54,470 nucleotides of DNA from an uncultured bacterium. Lineage in GTDB: Bacteria; Eisenbacteria; RBG-16-71-46; CAIMUX01; WJJG01. A program made the position numbers and the translations under genes. The notes under the pieces are model-generated. The model searched no databases and was not told the DNA's origin. It worked only from the letters and a program-made list of their open reading frames with translations. Location: assembly GCA_964388535.1 (NCBI GenBank), contig CAYMBA010000002.1, forward strand, positions 1 through 54,470, given 5' to 3'. Below are positions 34,765 to 45,091 of the stretch, piece by piece (the stretch's first letter is position 1; each line of letters starts with the position of its first letter).

Positions 34765-37173
34765 ATGTCTCGCCGCGCGCGCTCGCCCGGGCGGATAGAT
34801 AGAAAGTCTGGGAGCACGCGGTTGATGACGCCGAACGGGCGCAACTCACCACAACAAGATCCTTCCTCCAATCACGCCTCGATCGCGACGGGTGGCGAGC
34901 TCTCTCTCGCCCCCTTCACGGAACGCGCCCGCGAGGCGGTCATCAAGGGCTACAAGATCATCAAGGTCCCGGACTACTTCCTCAACGAGTGGCTGCCGCT
35001 CCTGGGGCCCAGCCGCTGGCTTGCGGTCCTCGCCTTTCGGCAGGTCGCGTTCGTCCATAAGTGCAAGGAGAAGACGGGCCTGCGTCCGACGCGCACAACC
35101 TTCCGTGAGCTCGCGATATGGTCCGGGCAGTCCCGCCCCCAGATGCACAAACTCCTCAAGAAGCCCGGTCTGCTGACCTGGTTTGTCGAGCCCGCGGAGG
35201 GGGAGTTCGGCACGCATCCCCGGAGCCGATCGGAGCGCCGCACGTATCTTGTCCGCGTCGAGATACCGCTCACGCCGAGCGACCAGGCCAAACTGGAGTC
35301 GTTCCTGCAGGCCAATCGTCCCTCCGACGACGAGGGGTGGTTGGAGGTGCTGCACCGTGCGCTCTCCGCCAAGCATAGCGAGCCGCCCTCAAAGGACCCC
35401 CTTCCAGAACGCCCGAAGACGATCCAGCAACTGGTTCGTGAGCTGCGCGACCCTTCGCAGCCGCTTCCGGAGGATATCGACTGGGCGTGCGATGAGCTGC
35501 TGGAGCGGTGGCAGACGCAGAATTTCGGACAGGTGACGCATTACTTCGTCCGGAAATGGCTTCCAGATCTCACGCCAGGCCTGGGTTGCCTGCTCATCTG
35601 GTCCCGCCGGCACGCCAACAAGCAACCGGACATGCAAATCGGCCGTCTCCACAACATCGGGTGGCAGGACCTGGCCAGGGCCGTGGGAGTCACCACCAAG
35701 AGCGTCCGCCGCTGGTTCTCGGACCATGAAACGTATCCTCACACACGCACTTTCATGGAGCCTATCCCTGTCCACGTGGGCGCCGGCGTAGTGGATCGCA
35801 TCGCTCCCGATGGGCTAGACGTCGCTGGCGAGCACGTCGCTGTCACGGCCAGCACCGTCATCAAGCACCCGATCCGCTCGGGCGACTTCATCCGTCTGAC
35901 CGCCGAGCGCAGGGACGGATCCCTCCAGGCGCTTTCCCTTGAGCTCGCCAATGAGGCCGACCTAGACCCGGGCTTCTCCCCGGCGCACATGACCTTTGAT
36001 GTCAAACTGACGGAGCCCATCCACCCGGATGACCAGGCTCTCTATCGATCGCTGCTCGATAGCCAGACATCTTTGGCAGACAAGGATCAGATGCTTCTTC
36101 CCAATGTTCAGTTGCCCCGCTCATCGAAGCAATCTTCCTCCAGCGAGGGAGGGGCAAAAGTAGACAAGCCTGGGACAATAATGGAAAGGGAGAGCCCAAA
36201 TCCCGCCGATCATATCCCAGAAGTAGACATGGCGGGCGCAGAAGTAGACAACCCTCAGCCAGTAGTGAATTCTGGTAGGCCAGAACTAGACATGCGTGGC
36301 CCAGAGATAGACAACGAGCCGACAGGGGTAGACGCATTAAGAGATATATCAAGAGTCTCTAAGACTCCTCCAAGAAACGATACAGAAGAACAACTACCAG
36401 ATTCGCCAAATTTGGCTGCAAACAGTACGTCTCAGGAGATGCCTGCCCCAGATGTAGTTGTTGCCTCACACAACCTTTGGGACATCAGGCACATTCTGAC
36501 TGAGGCGGCGATCCCAAAGCGCGACAAGGATGCTATCTTGGCTAGCTGGACAAGGCGCTGGCAGCCTTTCGTGGCCTGGCTGCTCTGGTCGATAGCAACA
36601 AAGAGCATCGATGCGCCAGTGCTCCATGCAGTGAGTCGTTTCAAGAAAGGCGAAACCCCACCACAAGAGTTTCTCGGGCTGGCAACTATTCCGCCATCGA
36701 CGCTTGCTGCCTGGCTCAGACCCGATGGAATTGACTGGCCCTATGAATTTGACGACGCGATCCGTAAGCTGCGCAGCAATGGTGCCTACCGGAAGCTGCG
36801 AAACCTTGGATCGATACCGGATCACGAGACTCGAGAGGACGACTTGGGGTGGCGGGCCGAACCGTCTAGGGAAGGGCAGAGGGATTCCGGCGACGCGCGA
36901 GTAGAGATGGTTGTGGATGATCGAGGGATGACCGCGGAAGCTGCTTGGCGCGCAGCGAAAGCGCAGCTGCAGACCGAGGTCCCGCGCGCGACATACGACA
37001 CATGGGTCCGGGACATTCAGTTCGTGGGTTTTCGGGACGATGTTTTTGAACTGGGGGTCCAGAACTCCTACGCGCGAGAGTGGCTTGAGGATCGTCTGGC
37101 TAGCACGATCACGCGAGTACTGGCGGGAGTCGTTGGACGCAGAGTGGGGGTGAGATTCGTTGTTCACGAGTGA
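34765..37173 (+). CDS. Replication-initiator-like protein with wHTH-like N-terminal regions, a heptad-repeat linker and a DnaA-N-terminal-like C-terminal domain
   Basis: The C-terminus ATYDTWVRDIQFVGFRDDVFELGVQNSYAREWLEDRLASTITRVLAGVVGRRVGVRFVV matches the DnaA_N pattern (tW...l.....l.l.vpn.f...w.......i). The start is uncertain (e.g. ATG 34825). Confidence 0.65.
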   Translation: MSRRARSPGRIDRKSGSTRLMTPNGRNSPQQDPSSNHASIATGGELSLAPFTERAREAVIKGYKIIKVPDYFLNEWLPLLGPSRWLAVLAFRQVAFVHKCKEKTGLRPTRTTFRELAIWSGQSRPQMHKLLKKPGLLTWFVEPAEGEFGTHPRSRSERRTYLVRVEIPLTPSDQAKLESFLQANRPSDDEGWLEVLHRALSAKHSEPPSKDPLPERPKTIQQLVRELRDPSQPLPEDIDWACDELLERWQTQNFGQVTHYFVRKWLPDLTPGLGCLLIWSRRHANKQPDMQIGRLHNIGWQDLARAVGVTTKSVRRWFSDHETYPHTRTFMEPIPVHVGAGVVDRIAPDGLDVAGEHVAVTASTVIKHPIRSGDFIRLTAERRDGSLQALSLELANEADLDPGFSPAHMTFDVKLTEPIHPDDQALYRSLLDSQTSLADKDQMLLPNVQLPRSSKQSSSSEGGAKVDKPGTIMERESPNPADHIPEVDMAGAEVDNPQPVVNSGRPELDMRGPEIDNEPTGVDALRDISRVSKTPPRNDTEEQLPDSPNLAANSTSQEMPAPDVVVASHNLWDIRHILTEAAIPKRDKDAILASWTRRWQPFVAWLLWSIATKSIDAPVLHAVSRFKKGETPPQEFLGLATIPPSTLAAWLRPDGIDWPYEFDDAIRKLRSNGAYRKLRNLGSIPDHETREDDLGWRAEPSREGQRDSGDARVEMVVDDRGMTAEAAWRAAKAQLQTEVPRATYDTWVRDIQFVGFRDDVFELGVQNSYAREWLEDRLASTITRVLAGVVGRRVGVRFVVHE
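36155..36334 (+). repeat. Iteron-like direct repeats, consensus CAGAAGTAGACA, phased at 21 bp
   Basis: Good copies start at 36155 (CAAAAGTAGACA), 36218 and 36239 (CAGAAGTAGACA), 36281 (CAGAACTAGACA), 36302 (CAGAGATAGACA) and 36323 (CAGGGGTAGACG). A degenerate copy lies at 36260. All spacings are multiples of 21. Confidence 0.7.
36335..36430. other. AT-rich tract directly following the repeats (candidate DNA-unwinding element)
   Basis: CATTAAGAGATATATCAAGAGTCTCTAAGACTCCTCCAAGAAACGATACAGAAGAACAACTACCAGATTCGCCAAATTTGG is conspicuously A+T-rich relative to the rest of the gene. Confidence 0.45.
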
Positions 37174-37488
37174 CGACAAGGACAAATCAATGGGCAGGGA
37201 TAGCGGTTGGAGTGGCGAGGCCAGCACGATAATACTGTCCCCAAGAATGGGTGAGCGCGCGACGGGCGCAAGTGGAGAATGTCCGAATTAGCCGAAGACG
37301 CAGGGCGAGGATTAGAAACTGGCGAATCCGATGATCGCATAATTCGCGGTTCAGAAGGTCTCTGCAACGCATAATAAAGTGCGCGTGCGGATGAAAACCG
37401 GCGATAACTGGCGCAGGGCGCTCAACAAGGAAGGGCACATGATCAAAAAAGAGTTAGCCAGCGATAGTCCTGTAGTTCTCATCTACTC

Positions 37489-38751
37489 ATGGATTTGACA
37501 CATCGTCTGCATGATCTTGTTGATCGCCTTCGGCTCTTGCGGAGGAATATTGCATTATTGGGTGTTGATTACTTCAGCATTAAGGCTAGGTATTTCAGGG
37601 CCGCTGGCTATATTTGCTTAGCGAGGCTTGCCATCGCGATAATCGCAGTCGCTACTTTGCTGACCATACTGGTCCTAAAGGGTTGCGCGAGTCTTTACAC
37701 CGCACCTTGGGCAGGATTTGGAGCTTATGAAGCCGAGAACGGTGAGATTATTCCAGCCAAGACCCTATGGGACTGGCTAGATCTTCTCATTGTTCCGCTC
37801 GCAATAGCTATTATTGCATTTCTATTCCGAAGATCGGAGGCCGCGAGTTCACGAGCCCATGCAACCGACAGAAGCAGGGAAGAGGCTCTAGGAGGATATC
37901 TTGATCGCCTGCAAGATCTCCTTCTTGATACGGATTATGGCAATGAAGAGGCAATGCAGGACGCATCGAGGTTGGCAACGGCACGGACCATCGCGTTGTT
38001 GCGCCAGCTTGATGCGCAGCGCAAGGCTATCGTCCTCAGATTCCTCTATGAGGCCGGGCTGATCAGCGGAAATCCACCTTTCGTAAGCCTACAAAGGGCA
38101 GACCTGTCCAGGATTCGTTTCGATGGGAGCTCGCTGACTGGAGCCAATCTAGGCGGTGCATTGCTCGACGACGCTAGCTTGGAGTGGACATGGTTATCGA
38201 AGGCAAACCTTTCAGGGGCATCTATGGTTCGCGCAACAGTGAGTTCCGCCTACCTGATGGATGCTAACCTTGAGTATGCTCTGATGGACCGGGCGGACTT
38301 CTATTCCGCAAACTTAACCGGAGCGAGCTTGATTAAGGCGAAGGCTCCGGGCGCGAATTTCGCTCGAGCGCACCTAGAAAAAGCGGCTATGCGAGACATC
38401 TATCTCACTAGAGCGAATTTGAGAGGCGCGAGGCTCAAAGGCGCTTACCTGCTCGGCGCGAGGATGTCTAGGTCGAATCTCCGGAATGCGGATCTCAGAG
38501 AGGCGAACTTAGCCGAGGCCAACCTGATGTATGCTGACCTAACTGGCGCGGATCTAACCGGCGCGGACCTTACGAACGCGATTGTATCGAGAAGGCAACT
38601 AAGGAAGGCTAAAGCCGCCAGCGGCGCGAAACTTGATGGCATACGAGACAGACCTGGCCCTCCACACATTCCAGCTGGAGACCAGATAGAGCCGTCACAA
38701 CCTCTCCCTTTTGGAAAGCAATCGGAGGATGATGAAACTGCTATGCCTTGA
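37489..38751 (+). CDS. Membrane-anchored pentapeptide-repeat protein
   Basis: Hydrophobic N-terminal segments are followed by ~200 aa of A(D/N)LxG-type repeats (ANLSGASMVRATVSSAYLMDANLEYALMDRADFYSANLTGASL...ADLTGADLTGADLTNA). Confidence 0.85.
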   Translation: MDLTHRLHDLVDRLRLLRRNIALLGVDYFSIKARYFRAAGYICLARLAIAIIAVATLLTILVLKGCASLYTAPWAGFGAYEAENGEIIPAKTLWDWLDLLIVPLAIAIIAFLFRRSEAASSRAHATDRSREEALGGYLDRLQDLLLDTDYGNEEAMQDASRLATARTIALLRQLDAQRKAIVLRFLYEAGLISGNPPFVSLQRADLSRIRFDGSSLTGANLGGALLDDASLEWTWLSKANLSGASMVRATVSSAYLMDANLEYALMDRADFYSANLTGASLIKAKAPGANFARAHLEKAAMRDIYLTRANLRGARLKGAYLLGARMSRSNLRNADLREANLAEANLMYADLTGADLTGADLTNAIVSRRQLRKAKAASGAKLDGIRDRPGPPHIPAGDQIEPSQPLPFGKQSEDDETAMP

Positions 38752-38819
38752 TCGCTGGCTACCGATGAGTTGGAAAGTCACGACCCAATCCGAGATTCAT
38801 CGCGAATATAGTGAATAGC

Positions 38820-38852
38820 AGCACACGCCCTGCCCACCGCAGGGTGTGTGCT
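38820..38852. other. 13-bp GC-rich hairpin after the pentapeptide gene
   Basis: AGCACACGCCCTG (38820-38832) pairs with CAGGGTGTGTGCT (38840-38852), with one G-T pair and a 7-nt loop. No T-run follows. Confidence 0.5.
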
Positions 38853-38904
38853 TAGGCGGAGGGATGTTGGTGTTTATTCAGTTGCGACAGGACCTGGATC
38901 AGTC

Positions 38905-40149
38905 CTACGCTTGAAGCTTTGGCAGCAGCGCCTTGATCTCCTCATCAGGCGCGATTGGGTAGCGATTACCACCGCGCATGATGTGGGTCAAATCCTCTCC
39001 GAGCTGCAATTGCATCAGGTGGTAACGCGCCCACTGTCGGGTGCTCATCCCCCGACGCTTCGCGTCATCTAGCTTCCAGGACCACATAATGTACTTAAAG
39101 GCGACCTTGTCTGGATCTGCATGGCGATCTGCAGTGCGCTCGGTCAGGATGTACCAGACTGCTACCAGCAGCTTGCGAGCGATGGCGACCGCGGCTTTGG
39201 TTGAACCGATGCGCCGCTCCAATCGCTCGTATTGAGCTTTCCAGTAGGGGTGAGTGTCAGCGGCACGCCAGGCGGCTTCCACCAGGATCCAGCGCAGCTC
39301 TTTGCGACCTTGCTTGGTGATGCGGCCGGTCCGGTGCTTCATCCCACTATCGTGGATAGAAGCGCCCAGGCCGGCGTAGCCGACGAGTTTCTTAGGATGG
39401 GAGAAGCGAGAGATATCGCCAATGGCAGCAAGAACTGTCAAGGTGACGATCAAGCCGAAGCCGGGCAGTTGGAGCAGAAAAGGTACCTGATCAGCCCAGG
39501 GCTCTGAGGTACTGAGCCGATAGAGTTCCTTCTCGATCTCTTCGAGCAGCTCATCGACGTGATCGATGGTGGCTAGATCATGGCGAACACGCATGCGCTG
39601 AGTGGGCGAGATATCGAGTTTATGCCACCACTCCCGATGCTTCTTGGTGAAGATCTTGCCTTGAGGAGACTTGAGGTTGTGCCGGTGGAGCAGACTGTGC
39701 AGGTGATTGCGAGCCCGAGTGCTCATCTGGACCAGGCGACGACGGTGTGCCATGAGTGAGCGGAGTTCACGCACTTCAACGGGAGGAACCCAGACTTCAG
39801 GAATGAGATCGGCGGCGAGGAGATGAGCCAACCGGAGGACGTCGTGCCGATCTGTCTTGACACGGGCTTCATCGATCCACTTGACCTTTGGGGGATGAGC
39901 AACGATGGTTCGATCAACCAGGGGAGCGACCTGGTCATAGATCTCCCAGGCATTGGTGGTGGCTTCGAGGACAACGTTGTCAGTGGAAAGCAGGTTTGTC
40001 TTAGCCCAGGCAGGCCATTTTTGCAGAGATATTCGGCGTGGATTGAGGATTATCTCCTGCTGCCGGTTGACGCCTCCAACGACCAGATAGTGCTTGTGGA
40101 GGTCGAGAGCCAGGAAGCGCTTTGATGTTGATTTTGGAGGGGAATTCAT
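38905..40149 (-). CDS. IS110-family (DEDD) transposase
   Basis: LALDLHKHYLVV, VVLEATTNAW and KTDRHDVLRLAHLL form the DEDD N-domain. The C-terminal Transposase_20-like region is LLQLPGFGLIVTLTVLAAIGDISRF...LVGYAGL..HDSG. Confidence 0.9.
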   Translation of the reverse strand: MNSPPKSTSKRFLALDLHKHYLVVGGVNRQQEIILNPRRISLQKWPAWAKTNLLSTDNVVLEATTNAWEIYDQVAPLVDRTIVAHPPKVKWIDEARVKTDRHDVLRLAHLLAADLIPEVWVPPVEVRELRSLMAHRRRLVQMSTRARNHLHSLLHRHNLKSPQGKIFTKKHREWWHKLDISPTQRMRVRHDLATIDHVDELLEEIEKELYRLSTSEPWADQVPFLLQLPGFGLIVTLTVLAAIGDISRFSHPKKLVGYAGLGASIHDSGMKHRTGRITKQGRKELRWILVEAAWRAADTHPYWKAQYERLERRIGSTKAAVAIARKLLVAVWYILTERTADRHADPDKVAFKYIMWSWKLDDAKRRGMSTRQWARYHLMQLQLGEDLTHIMRGGNRYPIAPDEEIKALLPKLQA

Positions 40150-40513
40150 CGTACACTCCTTAGTGAGAAGGTCAATGTCACTGACCGGATCGTAAGGGGC
40201 GCGGATTTTTAGGCAGGGAGATACACAAACCGATGCGGGCTCGGCCTGATGGCCGTCCCAGACGAGTTATCCGACGGGTGGACCAAATAACAACACGGGC
40301 TTGCGTAAGCATCCCATAGGCAGCTTCGGTCCGCCCTGACGCTCCGTGCCCCCGGTGCGTTCCCGTCTCCAGTCGAGAAGAGGATAGCACCGGCCGCGCC
40401 CCTTCACTACATACTAATAACACCTCGCTGATGCGGACGGGGTCAGCGAGGCATTTCGACGAGCTTGCAGCTTCCCTGGGTTCCGCCATAATGATTGAGC
40501 GTCCGAGCCGCCG
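40150..40513 (-). ncRNA. Candidate IS110 5' non-coding (bridge-RNA-type) transcript region
   Basis: Long non-coding flank upstream of the transposase, with local stems CTCGCTGA/TCAGCGAG (40424-40431/40443-40450) and CCGCATA/TATGCGG (40509-40535). The only ORF here (40178-40516) looks spurious. Confidence 0.35.
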
Positions 40514-40544
40514 CATAGCTCGAGGGCGTTATGCGGAGTAGCCT

Positions 40545-41423
40545 ATGACACGAGAAATTGGACCCCAATATGATTTAGATGACCCATTCAAGGCGGCCGC
40601 TAGGCTCCATCAGTCCAACTATCGGGCGAAGGTTCTTGATGTCGAGTATTCGGATTATGGCAACCGATTGACTGATGCTGATGGTCGCGCTTTGCTGAAT
40701 TACTACGACGACCTTGGTGTTCGTGAGGCTTTGCGGCGGAGGTATCCGCAGTATTCCAAGCGGCGTGACGCTGACCTGCTTAGAAGCGAACACATACCTC
40801 TCAACGTGCTGGCTCCACTTGCAGGACGACCAGACTTGGCCCGGATGATTATCAAAAGTGCTTTCGAACAGAAACTGGAGGGACCGTTCGAGCTGAGGTT
40901 CGAATGGGCACCAGAGCCGAAACACAATTACCTCGACGATATGACCTCCATTGATGCTTATTTACAGGGTATTGGCAACGATGGCAAACTCGTTGGCATT
41001 GGTGTTGAGGTGAAATACACAGAGCGCGGGTACAGAATCGGAAAATCAGAGGCCGAGCGTGTCCATGATCCGAGTTCCACCTACTGGACCGTTACACATG
41101 AGGCTGGCTTATTTGCGGAAAGTGAGCTTGGCGACCTGGCAGAGGACGACCTGCGGCAAATCTGGAGAAACCACCTACTTGGATTGGCAATGGTTGGTCG
41201 CGGTGATATCGCAAGGTTCGTGTCAGTGACGCTGTATCCATCCGGAAACATCCATTTCACCCACGCTCTGGAGAAGTATCAGGGCTACCTGAAGGATGGC
41301 GCGCGGAGTAGCGTTTGCGGTTGCACATTCGAGCGTTTCATCGAATGTATTCGCGGTGACCATGAGATCGAGAAATGGAAGCAGTTCTTGACAGAGAGAT
41401 ATCTGATTGAGCAGCCCGCATAA
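40545..41423 (+). CDS. PD-(D/E)XK-like (restriction-endonuclease-fold) protein, cassette ORF
   Basis: TSIDAYLQG...LVGIGVEVKYTE fits D...(E/D)xK. GGAG lies 8 nt before the ATG, and the stop TAA lies inside the following attC-like inverse core. Confidence 0.55.
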   Translation: MTREIGPQYDLDDPFKAAARLHQSNYRAKVLDVEYSDYGNRLTDADGRALLNYYDDLGVREALRRRYPQYSKRRDADLLRSEHIPLNVLAPLAGRPDLARMIIKSAFEQKLEGPFELRFEWAPEPKHNYLDDMTSIDAYLQGIGNDGKLVGIGVEVKYTERGYRIGKSEAERVHDPSSTYWTVTHEAGLFAESELGDLAEDDLRQIWRNHLLGLAMVGRGDIARFVSVTLYPSGNIHFTHALEKYQGYLKDGARSSVCGCTFERFIECIRGDHEIEKWKQFLTERYLIEQPA

Positions 41424-41475
41424 CAACAGCATGCAGCGGACGGCTATACGCCGCCGCTGATGCTGAGCGTTAGCC
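41418..41475 (+). other. attC-like recombination site 1 (58 bp)
   Basis: GCATAAC (41418-41424) ... GTTAGCC (41469-41475). The arms pair as CAGCAT/ATGCTG, CAGCGG/CCGCTG and CGGC/GCCG around the loop TATAC. Unpaired G41433 and A41440 occur only on the inverse-core arm. Confidence 0.65.
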
Positions 41476-41636
41476 GCCATGATGCCTCGCCCGGAGGATA
41501 GTTTCTGATAATCCGACCTGGAGATCCGTCTGTCGATTGGCAGGCACTTCAACCTCAAACCGACCATAAGCGGGTCCTGATTGTTGAAGGGCTCAATCCC
41601 AGATCCGTTGGGTCCATCTCAGAGGAGATTCTGTCG

Positions 41637-42164
41637 GTGGAGGTTGCAGGGCAGCTGGCACTTCGCCGAACTCAGCTTCTGGAATCACCTGAGCTCGGGG
41701 ACAGAAGTTCAGTAACCGTTGTCTTTCGAGATACCTTCCTTCCACATAGCCATTTCGATATAACCGACGCCTACAATATCTCAGTCGCCTATAAAGGCAC
41801 CGCAGTGGCAGGTAAGAAACAAGTGGCTGGCGGGAAAGTCATAGCAATAAGGGCTGACCTCCGAGCTCCAGTTTTTGATGCCCACTCGATAGAAATGGTT
41901 CTTCGCCTTCTTCCTCTTACGGATGATTATGTTGCGGAACTACCTGTTTTTCACGCGGCCCGCGGAGAGCGAATGATGGTGACCTTGCAGGCGATCGGCC
42001 GCGAAATCGTGACGGATTCCACGGGCTCGTTAGATGCGTGGAAAATTCGAACCGAATGGGATGGAGTGACGCAGTATTATTGGAGAGGCGTTGAAGATCA
42101 ACAACTAGTCAGGCAATCTTCAAGGCTGAAAGCAGGAGTGTATCTTGAGTTCGCGCGGGGATGA
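41637..42164 (+). CDS. Hypothetical protein (175 aa), cassette ORF, GTG start
   Basis: GAGGAG lies 9 nt upstream of GTG 41637. The translation is beta-rich and protein-like. No motif. Confidence 0.5.
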   Translation: MEVAGQLALRRTQLLESPELGDRSSVTVVFRDTFLPHSHFDITDAYNISVAYKGTAVAGKKQVAGGKVIAIRADLRAPVFDAHSIEMVLRLLPLTDDYVAELPVFHAARGERMMVTLQAIGREIVTDSTGSLDAWKIRTEWDGVTQYYWRGVEDQQLVRQSSRLKAGVYLEFARG

Positions 42165-42180
42165 TTGTTACCCAAGCAAG

Positions 42181-42252
42181 TGCTAACAAGGCGTTGGTTC
42201 GGACGCAAACTACGCTGCGCGTCGTTTGCGCCGTACAGCTTGGTCGTTAGGC
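42181..42252 (+). other. attC-like site 2 (72 bp, less regular)
   Basis: TGCTAAC (42181-42187) ... GTTAGGC (42246-42252). The central stem CGG(A)CGCAAAC/GTTTGCGCCG has the same bulged A context as site 1, but about 12 nt on each arm do not pair. Confidence 0.4.
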
Positions 42253-42328
42253 CGCCAAACAATCACACAGCGGATGTCTTCTGAGGTTAACGCGAATCTG
42301 ACATCTACGCTATTGCCAGGAGGGAACT

Positions 42329-42898
42329 ATGACCGATATAGCCGAAGAGGAAAAGCGAGACCCATATATTGACCGCTTTCGCAATAGCCCTGTCTCCGAA
42401 GTTACAAGAGAAGTTGTTGACCAGGCTTTCAGGGCCTACAAGACTGCGCGGTGTCTGAGCCTAATAGCGTTCTTTGTCGGTATCGGCCTGATTGCTGCCG
42501 CTGTGGTCTTTAGCTTTCTGCGCAGCGATAGCGAATTGCTCAGCCTAATCCTTGGCGGACTGGGTACAGTGAATCTCGTCGCTCTGTTGCTATATCGCCC
42601 CATTGAACGAATACAACTTGGTGTGGACAAGCTTGTTCAGTCACAAATCGTCTGGTTAACCTTTCAAGCCCAATACGACTTCGTGGCGCGTGCTTTGGCA
42701 ACAATGTCAAAAATGCGATTTGACGATAAACATCGTGGCTGGGACAGGGAAGAGGGATTAAGACACGAGTTGAAGCTGGCAAAGCACTTGGGGGAGTTTG
42801 CCTCTGAACTCATTGGGGATTTGGCTGGGCAGGTGTCCGGTGCTTCCGCAACGAAGACAGGTGGTGAGAACCAAGGAAAGACGGCATCACAGGAGTAG
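42329..42898 (+). CDS. Two-TM membrane protein (189 aa), cassette ORF
   Basis: AGGAGGGA RBS. TM helices are LSLIAFFVGIGLIAAAVVFSFL and LLSLILGGLGTVNLVALLLY. Confidence 0.65.
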   Translation: MTDIAEEEKRDPYIDRFRNSPVSEVTREVVDQAFRAYKTARCLSLIAFFVGIGLIAAAVVFSFLRSDSELLSLILGGLGTVNLVALLLYRPIERIQLGVDKLVQSQIVWLTFQAQYDFVARALATMSKMRFDDKHRGWDREEGLRHELKLAKHLGEFASELIGDLAGQVSGASATKTGGENQGKTASQE

Positions 42899-42902
42899 GG
42901 CG

Positions 42903-43032
42903 GCCTAACACTGCATGAAGCCGACCGCGCCTATCGGCGCTCGAAAACAGCGGCGCTCTTGCATTTGTAGTTGCTAGGTAGTGAGGCAGGTTTTGCATGG
43001 GTCGGCGCAGCGGCTTATGCTTGCCGTTAGGG
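42903..43032 (+). other. attC-like site 3 (130 bp)
   Basis: GCCTAAC (42903-42909, a perfect RYYYAAC) ... GTTAGGG (43026-43032). The cores pair over 6 bp. Then come GCAT/ATGC, a bulged G42917, AAGCCG/CGGCTT and GCGCC/GGCGC, enclosing a ~70-nt variable centre. Confidence 0.6.
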
Positions 43033-43041
43033 GCCATTAAT

Positions 43042-43809
43042 ATGTTTCGTGATCAGATAATCCAGTGGTTAAGAGATGGCGACGACGATGCAGCTGCTCG
43101 TCTTCTCTCAGATTGTGAAATCAGTCTTGTGTTTGTAGACCTCGCCTTAGATATGGCGGGAGATAGAGATTTCGAAATATATGATGCAGAGATTCTCGCA
43201 CCTCGTGCGGTATTGGATCGTATAGATGAAGAATATAAGAAAGAACAAGCTTCAATTGAATCGGCAATGACTGAACTAGCGCATACCTATCATTGGCACT
43301 TTAGAAGCATATCTTGGCTACCTGCTCCACCGACAGTCAAATCCCCAGTAGAAGAAGACTTGGGACAAATCCTTTCAGAGCTAGATTCTGCCAAGATCCA
43401 AAGATACTGGGAGAAGGCAATTTCACGCCGGGTAGATGATCCAGATGGGGCAATAACCGCCGCGAGATCTCTCCTCGAAAGTGTTTGCAAGTTTATACTA
43501 AAAAACGAAGGAGTTGAATTCTCCCGCAACACTGATTTACTCAAGCTGTATCGAATGACAGTAGAAATCCTATTTCTCACCCCAGAATTTCAAGAGAACG
43601 AATCTCTGCGTCAGGCTATGGGGAATGCCCAATCGATAGTTAATGCAATTGCCGCATTACGCAACCTAAAGGGAGATGCACATGGTACAGCTGAAGATTC
43701 ACGGTTGCCATCACCACACATAGCAGAGTTTGCCGTTAATATATCTGGCTCGTTATCTAAGTTACTGCTTGATGCCTGGCTCCAATCGGTTGATGACAAT
43801 GGCCCCTAG
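43042..43809 (+). CDS. Abi_C (abortive-infection C-terminus) domain protein, cassette ORF
   Basis: IVNAIAALRNLKGDAHGT matches the Abi_C RN..G.aHG signature. The start is taken at ATG 43042, 9 nt after the attC-like core; the ORF-track start at 42997 lies inside the attC-like site. Confidence 0.65.
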   Translation: MFRDQIIQWLRDGDDDAAARLLSDCEISLVFVDLALDMAGDRDFEIYDAEILAPRAVLDRIDEEYKKEQASIESAMTELAHTYHWHFRSISWLPAPPTVKSPVEEDLGQILSELDSAKIQRYWEKAISRRVDDPDGAITAARSLLESVCKFILKNEGVEFSRNTDLLKLYRMTVEILFLTPEFQENESLRQAMGNAQSIVNAIAALRNLKGDAHGTAEDSRLPSPHIAEFAVNISGSLSKLLLDAWLQSVDDNGP

Positions 43810-43836
43810 CACGCGCTGGAGCAACTGTCTTAGATG

Positions 43837-45050
<1,214 letters not shown>

Positions 45051-45091
45051 CTTAGCTCGATGCCGTAAGGCAGAAAAGCAAGGGTATAGAT

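Larger units (their letters stand above)
38856..40513 (-). mobile_element. IS110-family insertion sequence, copy 1 (boundaries approximate)
   Basis: Carries the transposase 38905-40149. The 3' flank is 49 nt and the 5' non-coding flank ~360 nt. CTTAG (38851-38855) and CATAG (40514-40518) sit at the presumed junctions. Confidence 0.6.

Noticed and set aside
36466-37227. 253-aa minus-strand ORF overlapping the end of the rep-like gene
   Set aside because: It is antisense to the DnaA-N-like domain, which has a clear family signature. Its own translation is featureless.
38810-38860. Hairpin after the pentapeptide gene as a complete attC
   Set aside because: It has a good 13-bp stem but no RYYYAAC inverse core on the left. 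The right side is interrupted by the IS. It was recorded as a hairpin only.
40178-40516. 112-aa minus-strand ORF upstream of the IS110 copy 1 transposase
   Set aside because: It lies in the non-coding 5' flank typical of IS110 elements. The translation is R/S/G-rich and there is no RBS. The region more likely encodes structured RNA.
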